Source: a virus (Duplodnaviria > Caudoviricetes). From it: a DNA stretch of 64,000 bases. Where the stretch lies: positions 1-64,000 of the IMG/VR virus record IMGVR_UViG_3300028887_000102, one strand, 5' to 3'. Positions within the stretch are counted from its first letter, which is position 1, and each line of letters starts with the position of its first letter. The notes under the pieces were generated by a model that worked only from the letters and a program-made list of their open reading frames with translations, did no database searches and was not told the origin of the DNA. Of this stretch, positions 63,241 through 64,000 are shown one piece after another. The position numbers and the translations under genes were made by a program.

Positions 63241-63542
63241 AGCATATTTATGAAAGTTTGAAAGATTATGCCATCCATCACGGAAACGAAACCTATTATC
63301 CTAAAGATGTAGTTTACGCGGCTATCAATGAACTAATTGCCATCAATCATCGTCAAGGTGGTGTTATTTCTAGTCTCAAGGATTTGTTCTCACGATTCAC
63401 ATACAATACAACTCTCCGCAGAATCCAGTATGTGCGGAATCCCCCACATCATAAGATGTTCTCTCCGGATTGTATTCCTTTCTTCAAAAGAGATGGCTAT
63501 AAAATCTTTAAACAACTTGAAGACGATAAGCACGGTAAGTAG
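63237..63542 (+). CDS. Expanded paralog family member (A module)
   Basis: ESLKDY, YYPKDVVYAAINEL. Confidence 0.55.
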   Translation: MKHIYESLKDYAIHHGNETYYPKDVVYAAINELIAINHRQGGVISSLKDLFSRFTYNTTLRRIQYVRNPPHHKMFSPDCIPFFKRDGYKIFKQLEDDKHGK

Positions 63543-63543
63543 T

Positions 63544-63783
63544 ATGGATGACGCAGAATTTTGGAAAGAACAATATCATACTTGCCGAAAGATAATCGAC
63601 GAACTTGAATCCGAACGAAAGTATCTAAAGAAAGCGTTGTGGTTATCTAGGGCAGAACGAGCTAGACTAGAGATTCATAGGGCTTACCCCTATGAATGGT
63701 CTATTGAGAGTTGTAAGTGCTGGGAGAAAGCCGTACAACTTTTTACCAAGAAAGCAAGGGATGTTGATAATGGCGAAAGATAG
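63544..63783 (+). CDS. Expanded paralog family member
   Basis: KKALWLSRAERA, WEKAVQLFTKKA. Confidence 0.65.
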   Translation: MDDAEFWKEQYHTCRKIIDELESERKYLKKALWLSRAERARLEIHRAYPYEWSIESCKCWEKAVQLFTKKARDVDNGER

Positions 63784-64000
63784 ACATAGACCCGGCTACT
63801 ACAAGGAGTATGCTAAACGAACCGGCAGAAAGGATAGACACCGACCGGGTTATTATCGTGAATATAATTTGAAGCATCCCGAACGAATTGCCCACTTTAT
63901 AGAAATGAAAGAAACCCACGGAAAGCCGTGGAAAGTTAAGCATCCCGATTGGTACGATGAGTATGGCAGACTTATTAAGGATTTCGGAAACGATGAAGAA
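63770..64000 (+). CDS. Partial ORF with tandem KDRHRPGYY[KR]EY repeat, truncated by window end
   Basis: Hand translation. Confidence 0.55.
   Translation, partial: MAKDRHRPGYYKEYAKRTGRKDRHRPGYYREYNLKHPERIAHFIEMKETHGKPWKVKHPDWYDEYGRLIKDFGNDEE

Noticed and set aside
1-64000. Stop-codon reassignment, as in some large gut phages
   Set aside because: Recognisable genes are full-length in code 11, and TAG, TGA and TAA all occur as apparent stops.
1-64000. CRISPR array, tRNA or rRNA genes
   Set aside because: No regularly spaced repeat-spacer units or cloverleaf/T-loop signatures seen; the GAATCCAAGAAG repeats are coding and irregularly spaced.

Overview
The window is a 64-kb segment of a large contractile-tailed (T4/jumbo-like) phage genome in the standard genetic code. 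The host is most plausibly Fibrobacter or another FCB-group anaerobe, judged mainly from a Fib_succ_major/FISUMP-like gene. 0.5-31 kb: virion modules (baseplate spike, prohead protease, scaffold, major capsid, sheath, tube, tail chaperone, tape measure, baseplate), interleaved with self-contained early cassettes driven by a repeated TTGACA-N17-TATATT promoter (9 copies). 31-64 kb: mainly small early genes, plus an HNH endonuclease, an origin-like intergenic region with a wHTH/PolA-like protein, LemA, a tnpB-only IS200/IS605 element, an ACP-like protein, RtcB and an AstE/AspA-like hydrolase. Main finding: about ten genes around the head genes, and one remote gene, share an N-terminal leader (M-[NQK]-I-[KTS]-V-[HK]-E-S) and/or are built from small unrelated domains joined by E-S-[KN]-K-[NS]-E linkers. 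These look like prohead-protease-processed polyproteins packaged in the capsid and injected as a cocktail of effectors (inference). Other strong leads: a 17-member paralogous family in two divergent early arrays; an ACP look-alike lacking the phosphopantetheine serine; a CUU-UGA frameshift candidate in the tail chaperone; and an IS whose predicted excision restores an interrupted ORF. All family assignments come from motif recognition by eye; no database searches were run.
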